From Synechococcales cyanobacterium VAR_4_metabat_354 (lineage in GTDB: Bacteria; Cyanobacteriota; Cyanobacteriia; Cyanobacteriales; Chamaesiphonaceae): 64,000 bases of DNA. Shown here piece by piece: positions 19,682 through 29,637 of the stretch. A program made the position numbers and the translations under genes. Below the pieces are notes generated by a model. The model searched no databases. It had not been told where the DNA came from and saw only the letters and a program-made list of their open reading frames with translations. Location: assembly GCA_031414775.1 (NCBI GenBank), contig JANOQI010000024.1, positions 32,001-96,000 on the forward strand, in the 5' to 3' direction. Position 1 is the stretch's first letter. Each line of letters begins with the position of its first letter.

Positions 19682-20164
19682 CTATGCTGCGTCCACTGGA
19701 GCCACTACTGGGGATGCTTTAGGTAATTCAGGCAGTAGACTATCAAAAGTGGCAAAATCTTTGAGGGCTTCGCTGTAGTTCAGAGCAGCCAGTTGCTGGT
19801 TATTATCAGCAGCAGCTGCATCAATTTTATTCAGATGTACAAAAATTTCTTTGCCAAGATCTAAAGCCTGCTGGCGTTGTGCGGGCAGCAGTTCGCGAGA
19901 AACACCGACCATCCGGGTGCGCAATTCACCTAAAGGACCATGAATAAAAGACCGGACATTGTTCCAGTCCTTTCGATCGATCAATTGTGACAGTTCCGAT
20001 AAACGACCTTCCAGAGTTGCAACCCCTTTACTAGCCAGCTGAATTTTAGCCAACTGGGCATCAGAGTAAGTAGGAGCCTTAACCTGAGAGCCATCACTAC
20101 AACTAACCAGTAGAACAGTCACACAGACTAACAGAAAAGAAATAAACGGGCGAAAGAAAGACAT
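19682..20164 (-). CDS. psbQ: Photosystem II lipoprotein PsbQ (CyanoQ)
   Basis: Lipobox LVSC, TYSDAQL and WNNVRSFIHGPLGELR. Start MSFFRP at 20164. Confidence 0.92.
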   Translation of the reverse strand: MSFFRPFISFLLVCVTVLLVSCSDGSQVKAPTYSDAQLAKIQLASKGVATLEGRLSELSQLIDRKDWNNVRSFIHGPLGELRTRMVGVSRELLPAQRQQALDLGKEIFVHLNKIDAAAADNNQQLAALNYSEALKDFATFDSLLPELPKASPVVAPVDAA

Positions 20165-20245
20165 AATATTACAGGTAAGAGAATATTTCAAATTTTTGTA
20201 TTAATAACCAGGATACAGGCAAACTTCTAGTCTAGAAAAAACCCC

Positions 20246-20280
20246 AAAAGAACCCCCGGAACTAGCCCGGGAATTCTTTT
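20246..20280 (-). terminator. Probable terminator after fbaA
   Basis: AAAAGAACCCCCGG...CCCGGGAATTCTTTT imperfect hairpin flanked by A/T runs. Confidence 0.6.
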
Positions 20281-20295
20281 AGTCATTAGTTAAAA

Positions 20296-21372
20296 CTACA
20301 CAGAAACAGTAGTTTTAGGTCCTTTGATTTCGCCCTTAGCATATTTAGCAGCAAAGTCATCTAAAGACATAGTCTTGATTTTGCTTGCTTTGCCAGCAGA
20401 CCAAAAAGCGTTGTAACGCTCAGCACAAACTGCTTGCATGTACTTGATCGAAGGCTTCAGGAAGTGACGAGGGTCAAATTCTTCAGGCTTCGCAAACAAA
20501 GCTTCGCGGACAGCAGCGGTGATCGCAAGGCGATTATCAGTATCAATATTCACTTTCCGCACACCGCACTTGATACCCTTTTGAATTTCTTCTAAAGGTA
20601 CGCCGTAGGTTTCCGGAATTTTACCACCATACTTATTGATAATAGCGATCAAATGTTCGGGTACTGAAGAAGAACCATGCATTACCAAGTGAGTGTTTGG
20701 TAGTTTGTTGTGAATTTCTTCAATCCGGCTGATGGCAAGTACTTCACCAGTAGGCTTGCGAGTGAACTTGTACGCACCGTGGCTAGTACCAATAGCTACG
20801 GCCAAAGCATCGACACCAGTAGTTTCTACAAATTCAACAGCTTCATCAGGGTCGGTCAACAATTGATCATGAGATAACACACCTTCAAAACCGTGACCGT
20901 CTTCAGCTTCCCCTTGGCCTGTCTCTAAGGATCCTAGGCAGCCTAATTCACCTTCTACACTAACGCCGATGGCGTGAGCAACATCGACAACTTGACGAGT
21001 AGTATTGACATTGTATTCGAAACTAGCAGGAGTCTTCGCATCAGCTTCTAAAGAACCGTCCATCATGACGCTGGTAAAACCATGCTTCATTGCTGAGTAG
21101 CAAGTGGCAGGGCTGTTGCCATGGTCTTGGTGCATACAGATCGGAATCTCGGGGTAGGTTTCTACCGCTGCTAGGATTAAATGCTTTAAGAAAGCTTCAC
21201 CAGCATACGTTCTAGCACCGCGTGATGCTTGCAGAATGACTGGGCTATCAGTTTCTTTAGCAGCCTGCATAATTGCTTGAATCTGCTCCATGTTGTTCAC
21301 ATTGTAAGCAGGTATGCCATAGCCATGTTCAGCAGCATGGTCTAACAATAAACGCATAGGGACGAGAGCCAT
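20296..21372 (-). CDS. fbaA: Fructose-bisphosphate aldolase class II
   Basis: [29 protein letters not shown] and VMHGSSS. Confidence 0.97.
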   Translation of the reverse strand: MALVPMRLLLDHAAEHGYGIPAYNVNNMEQIQAIMQAAKETDSPVILQASRGARTYAGEAFLKHLILAAVETYPEIPICMHQDHGNSPATCYSAMKHGFTSVMMDGSLEADAKTPASFEYNVNTTRQVVDVAHAIGVSVEGELGCLGSLETGQGEAEDGHGFEGVLSHDQLLTDPDEAVEFVETTGVDALAVAIGTSHGAYKFTRKPTGEVLAISRIEEIHNKLPNTHLVMHGSSSVPEHLIAIINKYGGKIPETYGVPLEEIQKGIKCGVRKVNIDTDNRLAITAAVREALFAKPEEFDPRHFLKPSIKYMQAVCAERYNAFWSAGKASKIKTMSLDDFAAKYAKGEIKGPKTTVSV

Positions 21373-21520
21373 TAGGTAATCCTCCTAAAATTTTATATAC
21401 AAAAAAGATGTGAGTACTTTCGTCTACTTCTTAGTCTGTGAATACTTTACCAAAGTTTAGACAACTTACTGAGGTCATTTAGCTGATTCAGATGAAGGAG
21501 TAGCAACGAAATTTTAAAAA

Positions 21521-21592
21521 TGGGTGGCCCGGGGCTCGAACCCGGAGCAAATCGGTTAAAAGCCGAGTACTCTACCATTGAGCTAGCCACCC
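21521..21592 (-). tRNA. trnK: tRNA-Lys (TTT)
   Basis: Reverse complement GGGTGGCTAGCTCAATGGTAGAGTACTCGGCTTTTAACCGATTTGCTCCGGGTTCGAGCCCCGGGCCACCCA, anticodon TTT. Confidence 0.97.
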
Positions 21593-21667
21593 GCGTGCTT
21601 GTTGCACGGCTTTTATTTATAGCATGAAGCTTAGTAAGAAGGCAATATGTTTTTGGAAAGATGGTAT

Positions 21668-24109
21668 TTACTTTTGTTCTATGGCGGCGATCGCTAGCCG
21701 GGTTTTGATGACGGAGTCTGGATTTAAGCTGATTGAGTCAATTCCTTGCGCTACCAAGAATTGGGCAAAATCTGGATAGTCGCTAGGAGCCTGACCACAG
21801 ATCCCAATCTTGCGCCCATGGGCTTTGGCGGTTGTAATCGCCATGGCAATCAGTCGCTGCACTGCGAGATTTCGTTCATCAAACAAATGCGCGACCAAGG
21901 CTGAATCTCGATCGAGTCCCAAGGTTAACTGGGTGAGGTCATTGGATCCGATCGAGAAGCCATCAAATACCTCGCAAAACTCGGCAGCCATCAGCACGTT
22001 ACTGGGTAGCTCACACATGACGTAGACTTGGAGACCATTTTGCCCCTGCACTAGCCCATGCTTGGCCATCTCGGCGATCACGGCCTTACCCTCTTCGGGG
22101 GTACGACAAAAAGGTACCATCAAAATCACATTGTCTAAGCCCATCTCTTCCCTTACCCGCTTCAGTGCCGAGCACTCTAGGCCAAAGCCCACTCGATAAC
22201 GATCGTCACAGTAGCGAGCGGCTCCCCGCCAGCCCAGCATCGGGTTTTCTTCGTGGGGTTCAAACTCTCGGCCACCTAATAGGTTGGCGTATTCATTGCT
22301 TTTGAAATCGGACAAGCGTACAATCACTGGCTTCGGATAAAAAGCGGCGGCGATCGAACCGACTCCTTGGGCAATTTTATCTACAAAAAACTGTGGTTTA
22401 TCGTCATAGCCCAATGTCTGTAAGGCAATTTGAGATTGAACAGCTTTATCGGTGAGGCGATCAAAATTCAACAGTGCCAAAGGATGAATCTTGATATGGT
22501 TGGCAATAATAAACTCTAGTCGCGCCAGCCCGACCCCATCGTTGGGAATCGCTGCCAACCGAAAAGCTTCCTCGGGATTACCCACATTCATCAAAATCTG
22601 GGTACGGGTGGGCAGCAAATTGTCTAGAGTTACTTTTTCTACATGAAAAGGCAATAATCCGGCATAGATGTGGCCATCTTCACCCTCTGCACAACTAGCT
22701 GTAATTGCTTGGCCGCTGACAATCTTGGTAGTGGCATCATCACAACCGACAATTGCCGGAATCCCCAGTTCTCGGGCAATAATCGCCGCATGACAAGTCC
22801 GTCCGCCTTGGTTAGTAACGATCGCACTGGCTCGTTTCATAATTGGTTCCCAATCAGGGTCAGTCCGATTGGTGATCAATACCTCTCCAGCTTGAAATTG
22901 CTTGATATCATTCACTTCCAAGATGACTCTGGCCGGTCCCTGGCCAATTCGATCACCTACTGCCCGACCAGTCACTAATGGTTTAGTTGGTGGAACAGTG
23001 GTGAAATGATAGCTGCGGAGCACCGCGACACTTTTCTGAGACTGCACAGTTTCTGGCCGTGCTTGGACAATAAACAGCTCGCCAGTGCGGCCATCTTTTG
23101 CCCATTCCATATCCATCGGGCTATGCCGACCATGCACCTGGGAGTAATGCTCTTCGATCTGGGTGGCCCACCGTCCTAACTCCAAAACTTCATCATCAGT
23201 CAAGGCAAACTGCTGACTCTCCTCGATCGGCACTGGAATATTTTTAGTTTGCTCGGAGCTGTGGGAGCTGTACACCATCTTGATTTCTTTGCTGCCCAGG
23301 CGTTTTTTCAAGATGGGTCGGTGGCCGGTTTTCAGCGTGGGCTTAAAGACAAAGTACTCATCGGGGTTCACAGCACCCTGAACGACGTTTTCACCCAAGC
23401 CATAGGCGGCCGTAATTAAGGCCACATCCTTGAAACCACTTTCGGTATCGATCGAGAACATCACCCCCGAGCAAGCTAAGTCCGATCGCACCATTTTTTG
23501 GACTCCCACCGACAGCGCCACCTCTAGGTGATCGAAACCTTTCAACTGGCGGTAAGAAATGGCTCGATCGGTAAAGATCGAAGCAAAACATTTATGGCAA
23601 GCCTCTAAAACATTCGCCAAACCATGCACATTCAGATAGGTTTCTTGTTGTCCGGCAAAGCTAGCATCGGGTAAATCTTCGGCGGTGGCGCTGGATCTAA
23701 CAGCCACATCGGTATTGGAGCCGTATCGATCGCACATTTCTTGGTAAGCGTGTTCGATCGCCATGGTCAGGTCTGGTGGGAAGGGGGCTTGGAGCATCAG
23801 CGACCGTGCCTGTTGTCCGACCCGCTGCAATTCCTGTACATTTTCGACATCCAGGCTAGCAAATATTTTCTGTAATTTCTCGGCCAAACCAGCATTCTCT
23901 ATAAAGGACTGGTAAGAATAAGCCGTAGTAGCAAAACCTTGGGGCACCCGAATACCCTGGGGAGCCAACTGCTGAATCATTTCACCGAGGGAAGCATTCT
24001 TGCCGCCGACCAAATGAATTTCATGCAATCCCACATTTTTCAGTTCTAGTACCAAGGCTTTTTCCTTTGGTACAGATTGGTCTAACATTGCCTGCATCAC
24101 ATCACGCAT
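21668..24109 (-). CDS. ppsA: Phosphoenolpyruvate synthase (pyruvate, water dikinase)
   Basis: VGGKNASLGEM, AVRSSATAEDLPDASFAGQQ, GGRTCHAAI phospho-His motif and FSIGSNDLTQ. Confidence 0.96.
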   Translation of the reverse strand: MRDVMQAMLDQSVPKEKALVLELKNVGLHEIHLVGGKNASLGEMIQQLAPQGIRVPQGFATTAYSYQSFIENAGLAEKLQKIFASLDVENVQELQRVGQQARSLMLQAPFPPDLTMAIEHAYQEMCDRYGSNTDVAVRSSATAEDLPDASFAGQQETYLNVHGLANVLEACHKCFASIFTDRAISYRQLKGFDHLEVALSVGVQKMVRSDLACSGVMFSIDTESGFKDVALITAAYGLGENVVQGAVNPDEYFVFKPTLKTGHRPILKKRLGSKEIKMVYSSHSSEQTKNIPVPIEESQQFALTDDEVLELGRWATQIEEHYSQVHGRHSPMDMEWAKDGRTGELFIVQARPETVQSQKSVAVLRSYHFTTVPPTKPLVTGRAVGDRIGQGPARVILEVNDIKQFQAGEVLITNRTDPDWEPIMKRASAIVTNQGGRTCHAAIIARELGIPAIVGCDDATTKIVSGQAITASCAEGEDGHIYAGLLPFHVEKVTLDNLLPTRTQILMNVGNPEEAFRLAAIPNDGVGLARLEFIIANHIKIHPLALLNFDRLTDKAVQSQIALQTLGYDDKPQFFVDKIAQGVGSIAAAFYPKPVIVRLSDFKSNEYANLLGGREFEPHEENPMLGWRGAARYCDDRYRVGFGLECSALKRVREEMGLDNVILMVPFCRTPEEGKAVIAEMAKHGLVQGQNGLQVYVMCELPSNVLMAAEFCEVFDGFSIGSNDLTQLTLGLDRDSALVAHLFDERNLAVQRLIAMAITTAKAHGRKIGICGQAPSDYPDFAQFLVAQGIDSISLNPDSVIKTRLAIAAIEQK

Positions 24110-24287
24110 ATGCCTTTCCCATAAAAATTACCTATTTATATTATAAGGAAAAATTATTAAATCACTCACAATTTATATTTTTCAGGAAATGTGAGGAACT
24201 TGTGAAGATTTGGTGGGGGATTAGCCAAGGTCTGCTATGTTTGGAGCTGCTGCTTTGGTCTGTGCACTCGCCCGGACTAAATTGATG

Positions 24288-24330
24288 GTATTTACCAATA
24301 CTAAAAAGTCATGCGCAACAGTATTACCAT
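24288..24330 (+). promoter_or_regulatory. Putative NtcA-activated (class II) promoter of glgP
   Basis: GTA-TTTACCAA-TAC at 24288-24301, a 23-nt spacer, then TACCAT (TAN3T) at 24325-24330. Confidence 0.45.
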
Positions 24331-24407
24331 TGGCTGAGCCTTCCCCAAATTCAGGCTACTACTTGTTCCGAGATCAATAAACCTCACTTATCCAGAATTA
24401 AAGATTT

Positions 24408-26921
24408 ATGCAAACGAACGACAAAACTCTGCGGGTCGAGGATGATAGAACCGGCTCTGAGAGTGCGACCCTCAAACAGGCTTTTCTCGACAACATGTAC
24501 TATGTGTTGGGAAAGCCTGCTGCTTTGGCGACACTCAACGATTGTTACGTGGCATTGGCTTATACGGTTCGCGATCGGATGCTGCAACGCCTCAATAGCA
24601 CCTCTGTCAAATATACCGAAGAGCAGAGTCGGACAGTTTGCTATCTTTCTGCGGAATTTTTATTGGGTCCCCACTTGGGCAATAACCTGATCAACTTGGG
24701 TCTTTTTCAGCCAGTTCAAGAGGTGATGAAAGAACTAGGACTAGATTTAAATACACTGCTCGAACAAGAAGAAGAACCGGGACTGGGGAATGGTGGCTTG
24801 GGTCGTTTAGCAGCTTGCTATTTGGATTCTTTAGCCAGCTTGGAAATTCCGGCTCTGGGATATGGTATTCGCTATGAGTTTGGTATTTTCGATCAGGACA
24901 TTAAAGACGGTTGGCAAGTTGAACTTACCGATAAATGGCTGCGCTTCGGTAACCCGTGGGAACTGCTCCGCCCGGAATGGACAGTAGCTGTGCCTTTTGG
25001 TGGCAGAACTGAAACCTATGTAGATATCCAGGGAAACACTCGGACAAAATTGCTACCCAATTTAGTAGTCAAAGGGGTGCCCTATGACACCCCTATTTTG
25101 GGCTATCAAGTCAACACGGCTAACACTTTGCGGTTATGGAAAGCCGAAGCCCCCGAATCCTTCGATTTCCAGGCTTTTAACATGGGTGACTACTATGGCT
25201 CGGTCAACGCCAAAGTAGTATCCGAAAATATCACCAAAGTGCTCTACCCCAATGATGACTGGGAAAAAGGCAAAGAGCTGCGGCTGCAACAACAATTCTT
25301 TTTCGTCTCCTGTTCTTTGCAAGATATGTTGCGGATCATGGATCGGCAGGGGATTCCGATCGAACGCTTCCATGAAAAGTTTGCTGTGCAGCTCAACGAC
25401 ACGCACCCGGCGATCTCGGTAGCCGAGTTAATGCGGCTGTTGATAGACCAACGGGGCTTAGGGTGGGATCTAGCCTGGGAAATTACTCAAAAGACTTTGG
25501 GTTACACCAACCACACTTTGATGCCGGAAGCTTTAGAACGCTGGTCTACTGAATTGTTTGGTCGTTTGCTACCCCGTCATTTAGAAATTATCTATGAGAT
25601 CAACCACCACTTTTTAGAGCAAGTACGCTTGAAGTTCCCGGATGATGCCGAGCTGCTCCAACGGCTGTCTTTGATTGATGACGCTGGTAGCAATCGCACG
25701 GTGCGCATGGCGAACTTAGCTTGTGTGGGCAGTCATGCCATCAATGGGGTGGCCGCCCTCCACAGTGAATTGCTGAAACAAACGGTTCTCAAAGACTTTT
25801 ATGCTTTTTCACCAGAGAAGTTTAGTAATAAGACTAACGGCGTTACACCCCGACGTTTTATGGTGCTCAGTAATCCGCAGTTGGCCGATCTGATTACGCG
25901 CAGTATTGGCTCTAGCTGGATCACTCATTTAGATGAATTGCAAAAGTTGGCACCCTTTGCAGAAGACGCTGGTTTTCGGCAGGAGTGGCGCTTGATTAAG
26001 CAATCAATGAAAATCGAGTTAGGGGGATATGTCCAGGCTGAATATGGGATCGAACTCAACCCCAATTCAATCTTCGATATCCTGGCAAAACGCATCCACG
26101 AGTACAAGCGCCAGCATTTGAAGGTGCTGCACATCATCACTCTCTATAACCGGCTAAAAGCCAATCCTGACATGGATATGGTACCCCGTACTTTTATGTT
26201 TGGTGGCAAAGCGGCTCCTGGTTATCGGATGGCTAAATTAATCATCAAGCTGGTGAATGCCGTCGCGGATGTGGTTAATAATGACCCGGATGTGCGCGAC
26301 AGGTTAAAAGTGGTCTTTCTCAAAAACTACAACGTCAAATTTGCCCAACATGTCTATCCGGCCGCCGACCTCTCGGAGCAGATTTCTACTGCTGGTCTAG
26401 AAGCATCCGGTACTGGCAATATGAAATTTGCCATGAATGGCGCGCTCACTGTTGGTACTTTAGATGGTGCTAACGTCGAAATCCGCGAAGAAGTCGGCGC
26501 TGAAAACTTCTTTTTGTTTGGTTTGACCACACCCCAAGTTAAAGACCTCAAAGCCCAAGGCTATCAGCCCCGCGCCTATTACCAGCGCAATACTGAACTG
26601 AAGTTGGCGATCGACACGTTATCCAACAGCACCTTTGCCGCCAACGAACCCCAATTATTTCAACCGATCGTCGATAACTTACTTAACCACGATCCTTATA
26701 TGTTGCTGGCCGATTACCAGTCTTATATTGATTGTCAGGATGCGGTGAGTGATGCCTATCGCGATCAAGATCATTGGGTGAAAATGTCGATTCTGAACAC
26801 TGCTCGTATGGGTAAATTCTCTAGCGATCGATCAATTAGAGAATATTGCCAAGATATTTGGCAAGTCTCACCAGTCCCGATCGATCTCACCCAGTCGGAG
26901 TGGAAAGCACCTCAAGCCTAA
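24408..26921 (+). CDS. glgP: Glycogen/starch phosphorylase
   Basis: GLGNGGLGRLAAC, QLNDTHP, KRIHEYKRQ and EASGTGNMKF (PLP lysine). Confidence 0.97.
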   Translation: MQTNDKTLRVEDDRTGSESATLKQAFLDNMYYVLGKPAALATLNDCYVALAYTVRDRMLQRLNSTSVKYTEEQSRTVCYLSAEFLLGPHLGNNLINLGLFQPVQEVMKELGLDLNTLLEQEEEPGLGNGGLGRLAACYLDSLASLEIPALGYGIRYEFGIFDQDIKDGWQVELTDKWLRFGNPWELLRPEWTVAVPFGGRTETYVDIQGNTRTKLLPNLVVKGVPYDTPILGYQVNTANTLRLWKAEAPESFDFQAFNMGDYYGSVNAKVVSENITKVLYPNDDWEKGKELRLQQQFFFVSCSLQDMLRIMDRQGIPIERFHEKFAVQLNDTHPAISVAELMRLLIDQRGLGWDLAWEITQKTLGYTNHTLMPEALERWSTELFGRLLPRHLEIIYEINHHFLEQVRLKFPDDAELLQRLSLIDDAGSNRTVRMANLACVGSHAINGVAALHSELLKQTVLKDFYAFSPEKFSNKTNGVTPRRFMVLSNPQLADLITRSIGSSWITHLDELQKLAPFAEDAGFRQEWRLIKQSMKIELGGYVQAEYGIELNPNSIFDILAKRIHEYKRQHLKVLHIITLYNRLKANPDMDMVPRTFMFGGKAAPGYRMAKLIIKLVNAVADVVNNDPDVRDRLKVVFLKNYNVKFAQHVYPAADLSEQISTAGLEASGTGNMKFAMNGALTVGTLDGANVEIREEVGAENFFLFGLTTPQVKDLKAQGYQPRAYYQRNTELKLAIDTLSNSTFAANEPQLFQPIVDNLLNHDPYMLLADYQSYIDCQDAVSDAYRDQDHWVKMSILNTARMGKFSSDRSIREYCQDIWQVSPVPIDLTQSEWKAPQA

Positions 26922-26930
26922 AAAAATAGA

Positions 26931-27257
26931 CTAGAGGTTTAAATAAATCAGCAGTTCATTAATGTCCGGGATGTCGCCGACCAACTTCCGGACAGGATCG
27001 GGCTGCACTTTTACTAAAGTAGGCGTTGCAAATATCTTATCTTGCTCTAGCAGCTCCGGATACTTGTGAATATCAATAATTCGCAGTTCGTGGCGGTTCG
27101 GTAAATGTTCGGCACAAACCTTTTTCACTTGGTAGATAGCCCGACTAGAGGTCGGGTTCCCTAAGGCTACGTACAAACGCAGGATATACTTTTCGGCTGA
27201 GGTCTCCAGCAAAAAAGTATCATCGTAATATTCAGTTTTGATGTTGGATTCATGCAT
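26931..27257 (-). CDS. Divergent KaiB-family protein
   Basis: YILRLYVA...IIDIHKYPELLEQDKIFATPTLVKVQPDPVRKLVGD matches the KaiB fold pattern, but it is clearly not canonical KaiB1. Confidence 0.85.
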   Translation of the reverse strand: MHESNIKTEYYDDTFLLETSAEKYILRLYVALGNPTSSRAIYQVKKVCAEHLPNRHELRIIDIHKYPELLEQDKIFATPTLVKVQPDPVRKLVGDIPDINELLIYLNL

Positions 27258-27405
27258 GTGCTCCGATGTCCGTTGGCGCGGTGCGGACTTAAGGATAGTC
27301 GTATTGTACGTTCATTGACTACCGAAACACTACTTAACTTGCTTAAAATCTTAAATTTTTTAGTGCAAACAGTAGAAAAGTCCCGATGAGGGTCTTTTTT
27401 ACCGT

Positions 27406-28596
27406 TTAATTTTGGTTGCGTAGTTTAGTAGACATTTCTAAAATCGTTGACCAGCGCATTTGCAGCTTTTTCTCAGTGAGTTTTAGCCGCTTCATGATTT
27501 CTAAGTCAGCTACTTTTGATTGCTTTAGCTCTAAAATGAGCTGCTGCTCTGGGTTTAAATTACTCAACAATTCATCCCATTGGACAGTGGTGAGTCCCAG
27601 TTTCTGCTCCACTTCTGCTCCTAGCCATTGTAAGACTAGTTCCCAATTAGCAACGCGGGCAAACTTTTCTACATGATATTTAAATCGCTGTTGGAGATAG
27701 TCCCGTTGTCGAGTGTCAATGTTCAAGACTGCTTCAATTTCTGGGGCGGAGAGGTCTTCGAGCTTGAGGAGTAAATAATCCACACATTGCTCTTGTCCCT
27801 GAAGGTAATCGATCAATTGATGAATCACCCGATCGCGCAATACCTGATCGTTCGGATCATCATTATCTGAAACCATTTTGGAGCGGAGCTGTTGGATCAA
27901 ACGACTATTCCCACCTTCGCCATCATCTTCTTTAGCTGTGTCAAATGCTTTTTCAATGTCTACTGTCGTATCGGCGGGCTGACGCTTACTAAAAGTTTGG
28001 GCGCGCAAAATAATTAATTGCTGGCTTTTCCCATAGTGCAACTGAATGCGCCGCTTGCCATAACACTCCGTAAACACCATGTATTCTGCCAATTGCAACA
28101 TACTGCGCGGTGTATAGTCAGCTGGTAGTTCATTCTCCCGGCGAAAAGCTTTCAGAGCTTCGGCATAAAAATCTTGTAAAAAGTCTTCAATGAGGGAATG
28201 TCGTCCCTGAAAACCGAGCTGAGAATGGGGCAAAGAAATATAACGGTAAACGATCGCGCTTAGATGACTGTGCAGTTCGATCCGACCTTGGCGGGAGCCT
28301 AAGTGGTAGTAATACAAACATTTGGATAGGCGGTGACGAGCCAGACCCAGCAGCCAAGAATCACTGACCCCCGAAGATTGAATGCGATCGCTTTTATGAC
28401 AAATTCTTTCGACTTCGTTAGCAATGCGATTGGCGATTGCGGTGATCTGACTAGGACTGCTCTTAGTCTGCTCCGTAATGATTTGATGCAAAGCGACCCG
28501 CAGCGTCTGATCCTCGGAAATCACAATGGTATTGACAGAATATTTTTTAGCTTTGTTACTAACACTAACTGGCAAATCTTCTAATTGAACTGTCAC
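27406..28596 (-). CDS. HetZ-family (HetZ or HetZ-related) regulator
   Basis: EVERIC..S.RIQ.SG, LARHRL..CL.YY.LGS.QGR.ELHS.LSAI.YRYI, QQLIILRAQTFS and RQRDYLQQRFKYH match my recall of HetZ. Confidence 0.8.
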   Translation of the reverse strand: MTVQLEDLPVSVSNKAKKYSVNTIVISEDQTLRVALHQIITEQTKSSPSQITAIANRIANEVERICHKSDRIQSSGVSDSWLLGLARHRLSKCLYYYHLGSRQGRIELHSHLSAIVYRYISLPHSQLGFQGRHSLIEDFLQDFYAEALKAFRRENELPADYTPRSMLQLAEYMVFTECYGKRRIQLHYGKSQQLIILRAQTFSKRQPADTTVDIEKAFDTAKEDDGEGGNSRLIQQLRSKMVSDNDDPNDQVLRDRVIHQLIDYLQGQEQCVDYLLLKLEDLSAPEIEAVLNIDTRQRDYLQQRFKYHVEKFARVANWELVLQWLGAEVEQKLGLTTVQWDELLSNLNPEQQLILELKQSKVADLEIMKRLKLTEKKLQMRWSTILEMSTKLRNQN

Positions 28597-28895
28597 ATTG
28601 CACCTGCATATCTCTGATAAATTGTTGATGAGCAGAGATAGTCTTCCCTGTCCACTAAATTTACCCAGGTGTATGAAAGGGACTAGCTAAAATGTGTCAG
28701 TATTGAATCAGGTCCAAGATCACAGCCATTTATTTAAAGATTACATACATTTTGCTGAAAACCACAACGCTGACAGAGTAAGGCTTTTAAGCATGAGGAT
28801 TCAACTACAAGTGCTATTGAAATTTAGTGAAGAACAATAGACAGTTTCACAACTGGCACAATCTCTCCATAATATTAGTTGACAAATAGCTTGAT

Positions 28896-29543
28896 TTAGG
28901 AGATCCAATCATCAACTTCTGTCCAACCCATGCCCTGCCTAACGACAGTTGGTGGATCACTGGTCATATCCACTACGGTGGAAATTTGATTGGTAGCGAT
29001 GGAACCATCATCGATCGATATGTCTACCAGTTTGTCAAAATAGTCGAACAGCTTGGCTTTATCTAGATCTACGTAGGTATCATCATCACCGTCTTCATCG
29101 TGAATATGCGCCGAGGTAGAAATGAGTGGATTGCCCAAAATAGCTAATAAGTCTTGGCAAAAGCGGTGATTGGGCACCCGCAGGCCAGTCGTTTTTCGTT
29201 TGGGATCTTGGACAATTTTGGGAACCAGCTTAGTGGCTGGCAAAATAAAGGTGTAGGGGCCTGGGATAAAATGCTTGAGCAAACGATAGGCACCATCGTC
29301 TACTAATGCATAAGCAGAAATGTTCGATAAGGAAGGACACAAAAAAGTTAAAGGTTTATCGTTAGCCAGGTTTTTGATTTTGCGGACTTGATCGATCGCG
29401 CTTTTCGATTGCAAATCACAGCCAATAGCATAGGAAGTATCGGTAGGATAGAGCATCACCGCGCCCCCGCGCAGCTGGGCGGCGATTTCTTCCAGGCTGC
29501 GCGCTTGGGGGTTTTGGGGATGAATTTCGTAATGCTTAGCCAT
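28896..29543 (-). CDS. Sua5/YciO/YrdC family protein (threonylcarbamoyl-AMP synthase-like)
   Basis: [26 protein letters not shown] and ISTSA. Confidence 0.9.
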   Translation of the reverse strand: MAKHYEIHPQNPQARSLEEIAAQLRGGAVMLYPTDTSYAIGCDLQSKSAIDQVRKIKNLANDKPLTFLCPSLSNISAYALVDDGAYRLLKHFIPGPYTFILPATKLVPKIVQDPKRKTTGLRVPNHRFCQDLLAILGNPLISTSAHIHDEDGDDDTYVDLDKAKLFDYFDKLVDISIDDGSIATNQISTVVDMTSDPPTVVRQGMGWTEVDDWIS

Positions 29544-29637
29544 CGCCCAGATTTCACCAGTTACAATTATAAGTCCTTTATTATCGCTGGCTTATTCCTA
29601 TTTCGACCTCATTCTTTATCAAAATCTACATCTACCA

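Noticed and set aside
21521..27257. tRNA-Lys as the integration site of an island carrying ppsA-glgP-kaiB
   Set aside because: There is no integrase or duplicated tRNA 3' end, the block lies on the 5' side of the tRNA, and HIP1 sites are plentiful in it.
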